From Bythopirellula sp. (GTDB lineage Bacteria > Planctomycetota > Planctomycetia > Pirellulales > Lacipirellulaceae), in contig OZ244170.1 in assembly GCA_965216565.1 (NCBI GenBank), positions 512,001 through 576,000 on the forward strand: DNA of 64,000 nt, written 5' to 3'. Made by a program: the position numbers and the translations under genes. Shown piece after piece: positions 42,588 to 53,089 of the stretch; the stretch's first letter is position 1, and each line of letters begins with the position of its first letter. Under the pieces are notes generated by a model. That model was not told the DNA's origin. It saw only the letters and a program-made list of their open reading frames with translations, and made no database searches.

Positions 42588-43613
42588 ATGAATCTTGTGA
42601 AAGCAAGCCATGAGTTGTTTCGGCGAAAGCCGGATGAGCGATTCGAGTCACTCGACTCCCTAATTAGTCACTGCGAAAGCAGACGAGAAGGGGCAAGAGA
42701 ACTGTGGCAACCAAACAACACTGTTTCGGTTGTTACAAATGAAGGATCTCAATCGCTTCAGCTTCAAGTAGAGAGTGAACAGTTTCAGTTAAACGACTGG
42801 AGCTTCTCTCAGCTTTGTAAGCTACATGGTGTCGACAAAGACACGGTAAATCGCGTTTCTAAGAACACGGCGGCAAGTATCTTCCGAGATACGGCACCGT
42901 CGATGCGCAAGCCACTTCAAGTCTATACGGCTGGAAGTGTTGTGCATGCAGTTCATGGAACGGGATATAGCCGGTTATTCGACGCCGAGTTGTTAAATGT
43001 CGTCCGCGAAAGTGCTCCCAAGTTCCATCGCCCGCCTAAGGGATTTAATGGAGCGACAGGGTTGTACGCGGGCGAGCAGGATTGCTTTGCTTTTTTGATC
43101 GACCCCGATGGATGGGTCAATATCAACAATGAAGTGTTCGCCCCGGGATTCTTTGTATGGAATTCTGAGGTTGGACGCCGCAGCGTTGGCATTCAGACTT
43201 TTTGGTATCAACGTATATGTGCAAATCACATTGTTTGGGATGCCGTGGAAGTGTTTGAATTGAAGCGAAAGCATGCTGGAAACGTCCAGTTAATTCTGGA
43301 CGAGATTCGTGGTGCAATTGATTCTCTCGTAAAAAGATCCGATGAACGTCGCGATTCTTTTGCAAAGAGTATTCAAACCGCCATGCAGGTATCACTCGGC
43401 AAGGATGCTGAGGAAGTGTCAAAAGTTCTAAGAAGGCACGGCATTAGTCATAAACTGGTGGAACAAGCCCTTAAGCTTATTCCAGAAGAGAATGACTACT
43501 CTGTGTTTTCAGCTGTTGATGCACTAACGCGAATCGCTGGGCGTTATGAAAACGCTGGCGATCGCTCTGTTTTGGACCAAAAAGCAGCAAGTCTTCTGAC
43601 TCTGGCTGTCTAG
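42588..43613 (+). CDS. DUF932-family protein
   Basis: AAGGAG RBS; GFFVWNSEVG..S and RICANH motifs. Confidence 0.8.
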   Translation: MNLVKASHELFRRKPDERFESLDSLISHCESRREGARELWQPNNTVSVVTNEGSQSLQLQVESEQFQLNDWSFSQLCKLHGVDKDTVNRVSKNTAASIFRDTAPSMRKPLQVYTAGSVVHAVHGTGYSRLFDAELLNVVRESAPKFHRPPKGFNGATGLYAGEQDCFAFLIDPDGWVNINNEVFAPGFFVWNSEVGRRSVGIQTFWYQRICANHIVWDAVEVFELKRKHAGNVQLILDEIRGAIDSLVKRSDERRDSFAKSIQTAMQVSLGKDAEEVSKVLRRHGISHKLVEQALKLIPEENDYSVFSAVDALTRIAGRYENAGDRSVLDQKAASLLTLAV

Positions 43614-43658
43614 GTCCACTTTCATCTCTTTACTCTAGCACCAAGAAAGGTAGGTGCA

Positions 43659-43898
43659 GTGATGGCTACTAGTACAAAACCTAGCCATGAAGTACGTCTC
43701 GGTCGTGTTAAGGCCGTAGCGTTCCCTAACGAAACTGAGAACGGTATCCGACACGGGATTTCATTCTCAAAGCTCTATAAGAAGGACGACAAATGGGAAA
43801 GTTCTTCTAGCTTTAGCCGACAAGATTTGCCGTTATTGGCAAAAGTCGCTGACGAATTGCACACGCAATTGTATCGCGACAACGGTGAAGCTGAATGA
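43659..43898 (+). CDS. Small hypothetical protein (possible nucleic-acid binding)
   Basis: KPSHEVRLGRVKA..SKLYK..W..SSSFSRQDLPLL. Confidence 0.7.
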   Translation: MMATSTKPSHEVRLGRVKAVAFPNETENGIRHGISFSKLYKKDDKWESSSSFSRQDLPLLAKVADELHTQLYRDNGEAE

Positions 43899-43981
43899 GG
43901 TTCTTAGTTGAACCAAGGTTGGTTGAGGTAACAAAACGGGCACTACCGTCCTCAACCTTTTTCGCTTTTGGAGTGAGTTCT

Positions 43982-44404
43982 ATGGGACAATACAATTTCT
44001 ATAAGACTGGAGAGATTACAGACATTGCTGGTGAAATCATAGGAAACGTAACAGCTGGTGGAGACTTGAGTCTGAAAGATGAATCGATACGAAGCGATGT
44101 GCTACGAGACTTGCAATTCCAGGTAACAAATGACAACTCTTTTGAATGGACTGATGATTTGTTGTTTGCAGCAAACATGCCGGTTAAGGAGCGGTCGGGT
44201 GAGATACGTCTGGCTTGTATCCATTGTGACACGGATGAGGCGGATTGGATAAATGAGTTCCCTGAAGGCTGGGAAATCCTTGATGGTGTGCAGAGCTTGG
44301 AGGAATCGATGACGGTCTCACATCCAGATTCGTCCCAGTCACCGTGGGACTGGTATACGCATCTAGGCGTCTGCCCTTGCTGTAAGAAGAGAGAGCAATC
44401 CTAG
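43982..44404 (+). CDS. Hypothetical protein with two CxxC motifs
   Basis: CIHC and CPCC; GGAG RBS. Confidence 0.55.
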   Translation: MGQYNFYKTGEITDIAGEIIGNVTAGGDLSLKDESIRSDVLRDLQFQVTNDNSFEWTDDLLFAANMPVKERSGEIRLACIHCDTDEADWINEFPEGWEILDGVQSLEESMTVSHPDSSQSPWDWYTHLGVCPCCKKREQS

Positions 44405-44703
44405 ACGAGGGCTCCTCTTATCCGAGCCCAAGAAACTCCGGGAAATCTTCCGTAAAAACTCGTGCTTGATTGCTGGAACTGGTTGATAAATGCGGCTAGA
44501 ATAAAAGGCGACAATTCGATTTGATGCGTATCCACGCATAGCTCCCACCGAAATTGCGACCCGTGCTGTAGCACGGTTTTTCAGTGAGCAACTGTGTTGG
44601 TGACGCTCCCGTTCTGGGAGTGTGGCCTCTGCATTGCTCTCTGGCTGTCGCAAGCCTCGGTGGGATGTATGCCCACTCCCTCTTGATTGCGAGGAGCGTC
44701 CTA

Positions 44704-45525
44704 ATGAGAGCTACTTTTTCTGCCGTTGGATTTTGTCTGGCCAGCCTGGCCTTCTTAAGCTGTCCGTCATCAGCTCACGCCACACTAGTTCTTGGCGGCG
44801 ACCCAATTGGGCCAGATAACACGCTGACAAACAATCGAGGTGCGATAACTTCTACACAAGAAGGTGCGTTGAACACTGGGCACGTTGGTGTGGTTCTAGA
44901 GTTGGCACAAGCAACGCAACTTGATTCTATTCGAGCGATTGTGTCTGCAATTCCCGAGACAAATTCTCCGTTATTCGATGATATTCGGTTCGACGTATAC
45001 GATTGGCGAGTGTCGATCTGGACAAAGTCAAACTTTTTTGCAGGTAGTGGACCTGAGTTCGTGGTTCCAATTGGTCAACCGCCAGGAATCACGTTTGCTC
45101 CCCCACTCCCAAATGGCGACGTTTTCCCAATTACTGTGTTCGGCAACTCTGGACCCGGTGGAAACAATGCAGACACCTTCGACTATCAGTGGGACGTGAG
45201 TTCAATCCCGCAGTTACAACTTGCAGCTGGTGATTGGGTTCTTGGGTTACAAAAGAGAGATTCAGGAATTGTTGAAGGAATCGCGAATATCTCGCGCTCT
45301 CTCGGTTCAGGATTACCAGCAGTATGGAGTTCTGATCCAACCGCGTTTAACTTCCCTCAAGGGTATGCGTTTGGAACGCCACCCAATGATACTGAACGCT
45401 GGGCGATTACTTTAACGGGTACAGCAGTACCTGAGCCATCGAGTTTTCTATTGTTTTCAGTTCTATCCTTCGGTCTTGCGACTAAGAGAATTAGAGAATG
45501 TCGTGGATGCTCAGACAAAGTCTGA
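44704..45525 (+). CDS. PEP-CTERM sorting-domain surface protein
   Basis: Signal peptide (SAHA); C-terminal VPEPSS + hydrophobic segment + KRIR. Confidence 0.85.
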   Translation: MRATFSAVGFCLASLAFLSCPSSAHATLVLGGDPIGPDNTLTNNRGAITSTQEGALNTGHVGVVLELAQATQLDSIRAIVSAIPETNSPLFDDIRFDVYDWRVSIWTKSNFFAGSGPEFVVPIGQPPGITFAPPLPNGDVFPITVFGNSGPGGNNADTFDYQWDVSSIPQLQLAAGDWVLGLQKRDSGIVEGIANISRSLGSGLPAVWSSDPTAFNFPQGYAFGTPPNDTERWAITLTGTAVPEPSSFLLFSVLSFGLATKRIRECRGCSDKV

Positions 45526-45617
45526 GCAGCAGTTCATTAGGCTGGAATGCTTAGGCTAGGGCAGATACAAGCCGATAGAGTTGGTGAACCAAGAGCTGAT
45601 ATCCTTTAAGGAGGCAT

Positions 45618-45836
45618 ATGACGAGGGTTAGAGAAATCGAAGATGAACAAGGTTCCACAATGGTTGAAGTGGCACTTGTGGTGGCACTGATCGCTCTTCT
45701 CGCATTGCCAAGCTTGTCGAACCTGGGAAACAAAGTAGCAGATACAATGTGCAGTGCTACAGGTGAAGGGATTATTCAGCAGAGTGGATACGCCTGGAAC
45801 GGCTCAGAGTGCAAGAAATCGGGCCTGGGGCTTTGA
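45618..45836 (+). CDS. Flp/Tad-type pilin-like protein
   Basis: AAGGAGG RBS; prepilin site DEQG/STMVE followed by a hydrophobic helix. Confidence 0.7.
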   Translation: MTRVREIEDEQGSTMVEVALVVALIALLALPSLSNLGNKVADTMCSATGEGIIQQSGYAWNGSECKKSGLGL

Positions 45837-45915
45837 CCTTCCCTAGTATCGCCAATTGCAGTAGGCCTCCGGATGCTACAGTGCATTAGCTCATTCCGTA
45901 GCTGACACAACGCAC

Positions 45916-47163
45916 TTGCCCTGCCCTCAAAGTACATTAAAATCTGGTCTGACCAAGAACATTGCGTCTTGCTTTTCCAAAGCCCATCTGATTCAGAGGG
46001 TCTCCATGCTCCGCAGCTCGTTATTTCATTCGTTAGTGCTGGTTTCGGTCTCTTCTCTTATCAGCAGCTGTTGCCACGGACAAACCTCTAAACCTCCAAG
46101 GTCTGGCGAAGGCGGCCCTGGTCCTCACGGTCATGTGAAGTGGCAATCGACCGCGACCCCAAATCCGAATGAGCCAACTGGCTGGATATTTGGTCGCAGT
46201 GTTGCGAACCTCGTCACCGATAGAAACTGTTGGGTGAATTGGAAAGTTGGACAAATAAAAGGTCCCGTAAAGCCAACAGAGTCAGCTTCTTCAAAAGCTA
46301 ATGGGTATGGCCCCAGAGAAAGGGAAGGAATACTGCTTTTTGATGGTGGCCCTACTCCAGGTGACGGTGATACGAAAACAGACATCTGGGTGCCAAAGGG
46401 AGATTGCAAAACCGTATCCTGTTCGGCTGTAACCCATGTTGAAAATTCACTGACGGGAACTATTGAAACAATTCGTATTCAAGCTTCTTCTGTTGCCGAA
46501 AAAACAGAACGAGGACATCAGATCACCTATGAACTCGAGTTTGACATTCCCTTGGCAGAGAAATTCGACGCTGACAAACTAGCCATTAGGTGGGACTCAA
46601 TCTTATCCCCCGAATATACTCGTTCACTAAAGGCTGATCTTCGAGCACAAGCCGTATACCTTCCTACTGCTGCACTGCAAAACAAGACATGGTCTACTAG
46701 GTTCAGCACGACAGAACCGCTTGAGTATCGCAACGAGTCTATTCACATCCAATATGCGGGAGGACGACAATCTCGATGCTGGCTACCTGCAATTGCCCCT
46801 AAGAGAAAACTAAGAATACATTCCCTGAAACTACTCAACGGAGAAACTGCCGAAATAGTAATAGCAAATCTTTCTGACCGACCAATACGCCTTGAAAACT
46901 TTGCTCTCGTTAACGGAGGAAAAGAACACGCTCTTTCAGATTCAGGGGAAGTAATTCAAGGGGAAACTAAGAGAATCAGAATAAATAACTTTCCATTTAT
47001 TGGTTCTCCAATTTTCGGAGGACTACCTAATCGCCAGGAGAACCTCACGCAACTACTGCTTTATAACCACATGGACGGCCTCCTGCATCAAGTTCAATAT
47101 GAAGTAGATGGGGCGAAGCCTAGAGCCGAATTCATTTTTGACTCTGGAGGCAATGTCCAATGA
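45916..47163 (+). CDS. Hypothetical exported protein
   Basis: Signal-like segment after ATG 46006; beta-rich sequence. Confidence 0.55.
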   Translation: MPCPQSTLKSGLTKNIASCFSKAHLIQRVSMLRSSLFHSLVLVSVSSLISSCCHGQTSKPPRSGEGGPGPHGHVKWQSTATPNPNEPTGWIFGRSVANLVTDRNCWVNWKVGQIKGPVKPTESASSKANGYGPREREGILLFDGGPTPGDGDTKTDIWVPKGDCKTVSCSAVTHVENSLTGTIETIRIQASSVAEKTERGHQITYELEFDIPLAEKFDADKLAIRWDSILSPEYTRSLKADLRAQAVYLPTAALQNKTWSTRFSTTEPLEYRNESIHIQYAGGRQSRCWLPAIAPKRKLRIHSLKLLNGETAEIVIANLSDRPIRLENFALVNGGKEHALSDSGEVIQGETKRIRINNFPFIGSPIFGGLPNRQENLTQLLLYNHMDGLLHQVQYEVDGAKPRAEFIFDSGGNVQ

Positions 47164-47594
47164 CATGGATAAAGAAAGCAGCTGAGAACTTAGAAAAGGT
47201 CACGCCTTTTGTATCTTGTGCAATGGTTTACTTTGGCAATTGGCCTCAATTAGCGAAGGATCTAAAACTACCAGCGACGTTCTTCACACTGGTCCTTTCG
47301 ACCCTAATATCCATTATTGTTTTCTTCTCTTTGAAGGGACTTAGGAAAGGGCCTAAGCATAGAAAAAAAGCGGTACTGTTTTGCATCCTGCTCGCGTTGT
47401 TGATTGGCTTAAGCTTGTATTCGTATTATTATGTTGATGATGCTTGGAAAAGAGCTACCAATGACGACACCATACACTCACTTCGAGAATACGCACTTCC
47501 ATTTACCTATGGTGCATTTTGGGCCTGTACATTTGGGTTTTTTGGTACAGGAGTTTTGGCTCTTGGCAAAGAGTGTGATTGGTTTTCACAATGA
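47160..47594 (+). CDS. Hypothetical membrane protein
   Basis: 3-4 hydrophobic segments; ATGA overlap with the upstream gene. Confidence 0.6.
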   Translation: MTWIKKAAENLEKVTPFVSCAMVYFGNWPQLAKDLKLPATFFTLVLSTLISIIVFFSLKGLRKGPKHRKKAVLFCILLALLIGLSLYSYYYVDDAWKRATNDDTIHSLREYALPFTYGAFWACTFGFFGTGVLALGKECDWFSQ

Positions 47595-47647
47595 GGCCGA
47601 TGCAATTGATTAACCTGAATGGCAATCCATTTAACTGATGCCTCATG

Positions 47648-47851
47648 TTACTCCTCAGCATCGTCATCATCTTTTGGAGGATAAACAAGCCAAAAAATGC
47701 CAACCCCCAAAGTAAACAAGGACAGAAAAAACAGCGGATTGTACCATGGGGGAAGCATTGTGCTCATCCAGTAAATTCCAGTTCCCATTAGCATCCAGTG
47801 CCAACCGTAGTGCTTCCCAAGAAGTGCGTTGCAAAACTCATTCTTATTCAT
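47648..47851 (-). CDS. Small two-TM membrane protein
   Basis: AAGGAGG RBS before MNKNEF. Confidence 0.5.
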   Translation of the reverse strand: MNKNEFCNALLGKHYGWHWMLMGTGIYWMSTMLPPWYNPLFFLSLFTLGVGIFWLVYPPKDDDDAEE

Positions 47852-48240
47852 AAAAACCTCCTTTCTACATCGACCTCTTGGAAGTCGCCCGCAAAGGGCT
47901 GGAGCTCCAACAAACGATGCATTGTGGCCCATTTTGGCTCACAGGAGGAATAACCTTTGTCTCATTCTGGCTAGTTTGTCATAACAACGGCGAAGAACCA
48001 AATCTCTTTCAGTTGTTCTTCTATAGCCCCCTAGTAACCCAGCTGAAAGAACAATCATTCGCAGAGATTTCCTCTGCCTTCGTCGGCCATGTCGTCGTCG
48101 GGGTTCGCCCAGGCGGGCCGGAGGCCTTATAGCCCCGACGACGATGTGGTCGTAAGAAGGCGACTAAAACTCCCCTACTCCCATACCCTGCCTTTGTTGG
48201 TCACGAGTCCGAGGGGTTCTGAGAGTCTCCACAATGGTAC

Positions 48241-49446
48241 TCAAGCAGCATTAACCAAGTAGAGAGAATCAAGATATGCCTGTATAGCAACATCGCTCAG
48301 CTCAAGGGATTCTAGGTAGGCTTCAATGACTCTATGCTTTATCGTCGAGGCAAAGAACCCTTTCTCTATACTTTGGCGGTATGATTCTTTCAGTGTCGAT
48401 GGTGCCACATCCAATGCTTTTCTAAGCAGTGCTTCTTTCTCGCGTTCCGGTAGATTAGCGATCATCATACGAATTTCACTCCCCTCTGCATTGTCATCCT
48501 GAGGAATAACTTCAGATGCAAGCGGCAACCGAGGTCGCTTTGTAACAGTAGACGTTCTGTTCTTTGTTTTTAGCCGAGGTGCACAATAGGTTCTCTTATG
48601 GGTGAACTTCACTTGATGCACCTGCGTCGGCTTGAGTGAAGGGTTTGCTAGTGAGTTCCTCGACAGAAAACCTACACCTACTAATTCCTCCATTGCTTCA
48701 GCTAAGAGGTGGTACCTTCTACCCGGCCTCGTTGCTGGACTTACACCTAATTTATTTACACATAAGTGAGAAATGGAAACTGGCCCATAAGAGCCTTTCT
48801 TATGAAAACGTTTAGACAGAAAACAATAAAGGGCTTTAGAGAGTGACCTCTTTAAGAGCCTATAGGTTGCCCAGTCAAAAGTTTGCACCCAACCTCCATT
48901 AACATTTTCACAGATCACATCAGCCCATGAGAATTCATACTCGCCAAGGCAACGCGGGTCTGTCCCGGGTTCAAGTGGGCGAAACGAACGCAGTGGACAA
49001 AAAGCGGTGCTAACCCAAGAATTTTGACAACGCCAGTGAGAGAAATAGAGGGATGTACGAGACCATCGTCGTAACGATTCAACTACCCTCCTCCTATACG
49101 GTGCATCGTTTCTCGAACCTAAGAGCCTGAGTAGCTTTTGTGGTTTAACCGAAACTGTATTGTCTGCAAAAGCCTTATTCATAAAGGTATGCTTCATAGC
49201 AGCTAAGAGCAAAGATTGGTCGAAAGAGTTTGGAATACTTCTCCCACTAGACGTTGCGTACGGGATGAGTGCAAAGGTCCTTTTATGACGCACCTGGTGT
49301 TTTCTATCAGGGATAGAGTCATGAAAAACCAAGGGCTTCGGAGAGGGGCCTCTGGCACCGATTCGTGATAGGGGCATTTCAAGTAGATTGCTCTCGATGA
49401 TGCCTGGGTTTGAGTATCGGTCTCGTGCGTTGTTGCTCAACTTCAT
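48241..49446 (-). CDS. Plasmid replication initiator (RepA-like)
   Basis: ESNLLEMP N-terminal motif; YRLLK..LSKALYCFLSKRF winged-helix region; next to iterons and parAB. Confidence 0.7.
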   Translation of the reverse strand: MKLSNNARDRYSNPGIIESNLLEMPLSRIGARGPSPKPLVFHDSIPDRKHQVRHKRTFALIPYATSSGRSIPNSFDQSLLLAAMKHTFMNKAFADNTVSVKPQKLLRLLGSRNDAPYRRRVVESLRRWSRTSLYFSHWRCQNSWVSTAFCPLRSFRPLEPGTDPRCLGEYEFSWADVICENVNGGWVQTFDWATYRLLKRSLSKALYCFLSKRFHKKGSYGPVSISHLCVNKLGVSPATRPGRRYHLLAEAMEELVGVGFLSRNSLANPSLKPTQVHQVKFTHKRTYCAPRLKTKNRTSTVTKRPRLPLASEVIPQDDNAEGSEIRMMIANLPEREKEALLRKALDVAPSTLKESYRQSIEKGFFASTIKHRVIEAYLESLELSDVAIQAYLDSLYLVNAA

Positions 49447-49591
49447 TAAAGGGACTCCGTTAATGTAAATACATGTACAAACCAAGAAAAACTTCCTTAC
49501 TTTTAACTTAATTTGTTTCTAATTTGTGATTTCCGATTCAGCCTTTCTCAGCAAGACCTTAACTATCTTTTCGGTGGCACTAAATGTAGTT

Positions 49592-49654
49592 CGATGTGCA
49601 CACGATGAAGCGCGATGTGCACGCGATGTAAATAGATGGGCATCAGATGTAAAT
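49592..49654. repeat. Three 21-bp iteron-like direct repeats (putative oriV)
   Basis: CGATGTGCACACGATGAAGCG / CGATGTGCACGCGATGTAAAT / AGATGGGCATCAGATGTAAAT beside an AT-rich tract. Confidence 0.65.
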
Positions 49655-49770
49655 GTGCGGCTCAGACATTTGACTCGCGTGAATCAGATAAAAGCTTAGA
49701 GCATTAAGACTTGGTGTAACCGCACTTCAGTGGAATTCCGATCACGAAATGTAAGTGAGTTAGCGAATGT

Positions 49771-50640
49771 TCAAGCTGCTTGTTCAGATAATTCCATCAA
49801 CTCGCGTCTAGCTCTTAGCTTAATCCGCTCAAAATCAGCTTTCCGTTGCCACTTACTTACTCGCAAATCCCTTACTTCTTCAAAAACCGACCTGATTTTA
49901 GTTTTGGGATACATATTCTTTGTTAGCGTTGTCGTTTCGTGAGAGGGGGCGTTGTTGTTTCGTTGAATTGAGGCTTCAGTCAGCCCTGTTTTTTCCACAG
50001 GCCGATGTGCCCCTGTTAGCGAGATCAGGGCCCCATCTACAAAGAGTTGTCCGTAGGCATTCTCATTCTGTTTATGCACTGGCACCGTGTTAAGCCAGCC
50101 TCGTTGCTTAAGACGGCTTACAGCCCTGCTGACATTTGCATTAGGGATACCGGAGATGGCTTTCAGCTGAGAGTAAGTAAAGCGAGCGTATCGCTCATCC
50201 TTATTGAGCTTCTCAAAGCTTCGTGTCTGCTTCATTCTGCGAAGCATATAAAAGAGAAGGACAATTGCTTCGTTTGCAGTGCATCTTCCTTGGGCAATAT
50301 GGCGAAGGACACGTCTAGAAAGTGCAACAGTGCAAGACGGACCCTCCTGCTTAACCAACAGTATTGAATCAAGCTTCTGGTCGGCTCTAGCAATTTCAGT
50401 TGGACTAAGTCTTCTGATACCCCGAGTCTTACTCCGGCAATTGAGAATCCTATCGAGGTCAACTTTTGATTTCTTATGTAGAGCTTGATGCTCAAGCTTA
50501 GCAGCAAAGAGCCTTAGTTCGTTCCTTTTCGCCTTTTTTACGCGATAGCCCTCAAGTACAGCTAAGACATCGGCTTGAGTCGATACGGCATAACCATCTC
50601 GATATTCAAAGTATTCAACACCAGAGTTTTTACGCACCAT
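49771..50640 (-). CDS. Winged-HTH DNA-binding protein (second Rep-like)
   Basis: FTYSQLKAISGIPNANVSRAVSRLKQRGWL. Confidence 0.6.
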   Translation of the reverse strand: MVRKNSGVEYFEYRDGYAVSTQADVLAVLEGYRVKKAKRNELRLFAAKLEHQALHKKSKVDLDRILNCRSKTRGIRRLSPTEIARADQKLDSILLVKQEGPSCTVALSRRVLRHIAQGRCTANEAIVLLFYMLRRMKQTRSFEKLNKDERYARFTYSQLKAISGIPNANVSRAVSRLKQRGWLNTVPVHKQNENAYGQLFVDGALISLTGAHRPVEKTGLTEASIQRNNNAPSHETTTLTKNMYPKTKIRSVFEEVRDLRVSKWQRKADFERIKLRARRELMELSEQAA

Positions 50641-51322
50641 CCCTGTTCCCTCTCAAATGAGGGCGAACTTGAGGCATAAATCACACCCCTACCGCCTAAG
50701 CGGTTTGTTGTTGACGAAACTATTAGGGATGGGCTACTTTCAGACTGTCATCGTGGGTAGTCCGGACCCTACATTATCAATCAACCAACAATTGGTTTCT
50801 CCTAAGAACGTTGCAGCGTTCTTAGGAGTGATTTCTCACCACTCTGTTCACCTACTCGATAAGCACTCCTTTGCTAAGCCACAGAGAGCGTATCTCTCTA
50901 GTGGCGGATTGTATCTTCGGGCTCTACCCCAAACTTCTTGCATAAACTTGCTCCAAAACACGCCATCCCCTATCCCATTGGTTGAAAAGAAAGCCGTAGA
51001 TAGAAAAATTCACGAGACTCAAAAAAGCCGGTTGACGGAATGAACTAAGAAGTGGGAATGTGGAGATGTTGGTACTTCGTTAGTTCGTTTCAGAATTAAC
51101 TATCTCACTCAAAATTGAGAGCTGTTTAGTGGACCCCCATCCGCTAAACTGTGTCCACAATGTGAGCGTCAAAACTACGTTCTATTACATAATTTGCGTG
51201 CTCCTTCCTTAGCATTTTCATCTAGTTATCCAGTTACACTTCAACGAGGTTAAAATACTGCGGGAATTGTTGATCTGTCGATAGACTAATTTGCGAACGG
51301 TGTTCGATGATGAGAATGCTGT

Positions 51323-52210
51323 TCAGAAGATCTGTACCTTATTAGCGAGTCGGAGAGTGACCTCGGCTAGCACATTTTCAATAGCTTGCTTCACATGGTC
51401 ATATGAGATCTGTTCATCTGAAGCAGCACCTTTTCGACGTACAACAATCTCAAAATCATCGCCACCGTCAAATGAGAGACGTAGTCCTGGTTGAAGCGAC
51501 CGCTTGACTTTTTTTGACGGTTTAGATGGACGAGCAAGGTTGTTCGTAGCAGCTTTGGCAAGTTGAGTTCTTGAGAGTTGTCCTGTCTGAGCTTGCTTTA
51601 GATAGGCACGCATTTCATCTTCATCGGGGAAACGCACAAGTTCGCGTGCGATGCTCTTTGTGATGTTCCCTTTTGATATTTCACGCTGGACATCTTTGGG
51701 TAGCGTAAGAAGACGGAGAGCACGGGTGATGGTAGACTCGTTCTTCCCTACTCGTCTACCAACTTCTTTTGGCGAGCACCCAATCACGGTTATCAGCGAC
51801 TGATAGGCATTTGCTTCCTCAATAGCATTTAAGTTTTCACGCTGAAGGTTCTCGACAACTTGAATCTCGATCTCTTCTTGAGCCGATATGTCGTGTGGCT
51901 TTACGATTACTGGGATCGATTGTAGGCCAGCAAGTTTTGCAGCACGGTACCGCCTCTCACCAGCAATTACCTTGTATCCTTTATGCTGGTCATCCCACCT
52001 TGCGATGATGGGCTGTATAATGCCTCGCAATTTGATGTCAGAAGCAAGTTCGTCTAACGCTTCTTTATCAAAAGCCTTGCGAACTTGGGCTTCTGCATAG
52101 AGCTTGGTTATTTCGATTTGTCGAAGATCTGGCCCAGGCTCCCGCCCTACTGCCTTGGCGACTTCAGAGCCCAGAGATTCGAGGAATGAGTTTGCTTTTG
52201 GATTAGCCAC
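51323..52210 (-). CDS. parB: ParB/Spo0J partition protein
   Basis: GIIQPI, IAGERRYRAA, ENLQRENL, HTH; GTG start overlapping the parA stop. Confidence 0.9.
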   Translation of the reverse strand: MANPKANSFLESLGSEVAKAVGREPGPDLRQIEITKLYAEAQVRKAFDKEALDELASDIKLRGIIQPIIARWDDQHKGYKVIAGERRYRAAKLAGLQSIPVIVKPHDISAQEEIEIQVVENLQRENLNAIEEANAYQSLITVIGCSPKEVGRRVGKNESTITRALRLLTLPKDVQREISKGNITKSIARELVRFPDEDEMRAYLKQAQTGQLSRTQLAKAATNNLARPSKPSKKVKRSLQPGLRLSFDGGDDFEIVVRRKGAASDEQISYDHVKQAIENVLAEVTLRLANKVQIF

Positions 52211-53063
52211 ATGCCTCCATCGCGTTTTGAGTTTCTTGTGAATATTCAATATCAGTTTTAATACGACCGAATAATTCTCGAAACAAATTCTCGACCATAT
52301 CAAATTCTTGTCTTTTCCGTGGCCGAATATGTGTGACAGGCAGAAGCTGAGTTACAGCCTTGGCAAACGGTTGTCTGAGATAGATTACGGATTGGAAAAC
52401 TTGTGCACCATAGGCTTGCCGCAGGGTTTGGGCATAGGCATAGTGGTCGGCACGTCTGGTGTTAAATTTGGTTAGAAAGTAACCCAATTCAGTAAGGTCT
52501 GGATTTCCGTTTTCCCTAGCGGCAGTAAGTCGTGCTTTTACTTTTAGCACTCCTTCAACAGAATTTTTTTCTGGTTCCACGGGAGTCACGACGTAGTTCG
52601 CGGCCATTAATGCACTCCAAGTAGGAAGATTGTAAATACTTGGTGGAGTATCAATAAGCACGATATCGTACTCGTAAGGTGAGGGGAGGGCGTCGAGGAA
52701 GTCTCTAAGTAAGAATGACTTGTTCTTGAGTTTATGAGGTTCGGCTGAGTCAAAAGGAAGAAAATGCTCACTACAAGGTATCAGGTGAATGTTATCTATC
52801 TGTGTTTGGTGGATCACCTGAGAGGCTTCTGCTTTTTTTGCAAAGATTGCAGCGATTGACTGATGGACATTCAATGAATCCGGCCAATCAGTGCCGAAGC
52901 AGTTTTTTGAGAGGTGGCATTGAGGGTCGGTGTCTACAAGAAGTACCCTCGCACCGTTTTCAGCACACGCACCAGCCAGATTGTGAGTGCTGCACGTCCT
53001 GCCAACTCCGCCCTTATTGGCGATGACAGCGGCAGTAATATGGCTCGGTTCTTCATTTGCCAA
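52203..53063 (-). CDS. parA: ParA partition ATPase (variant Walker A)
   Basis: NKGGVGRT, VLLVDTDPQ, LIDTPP; TTG start with GAGGG RBS. Confidence 0.88.
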   Translation of the reverse strand: MANEEPSHITAAVIANKGGVGRTCSTHNLAGACAENGARVLLVDTDPQCHLSKNCFGTDWPDSLNVHQSIAAIFAKKAEASQVIHQTQIDNIHLIPCSEHFLPFDSAEPHKLKNKSFLLRDFLDALPSPYEYDIVLIDTPPSIYNLPTWSALMAANYVVTPVEPEKNSVEGVLKVKARLTAARENGNPDLTELGYFLTKFNTRRADHYAYAQTLRQAYGAQVFQSVIYLRQPFAKAVTQLLPVTHIRPRKRQEFDMVENLFRELFGRIKTDIEYSQETQNAMEACG

Positions 53064-53089
53064 AGTCGTTCCCTCGGCCTTAAAAAATG

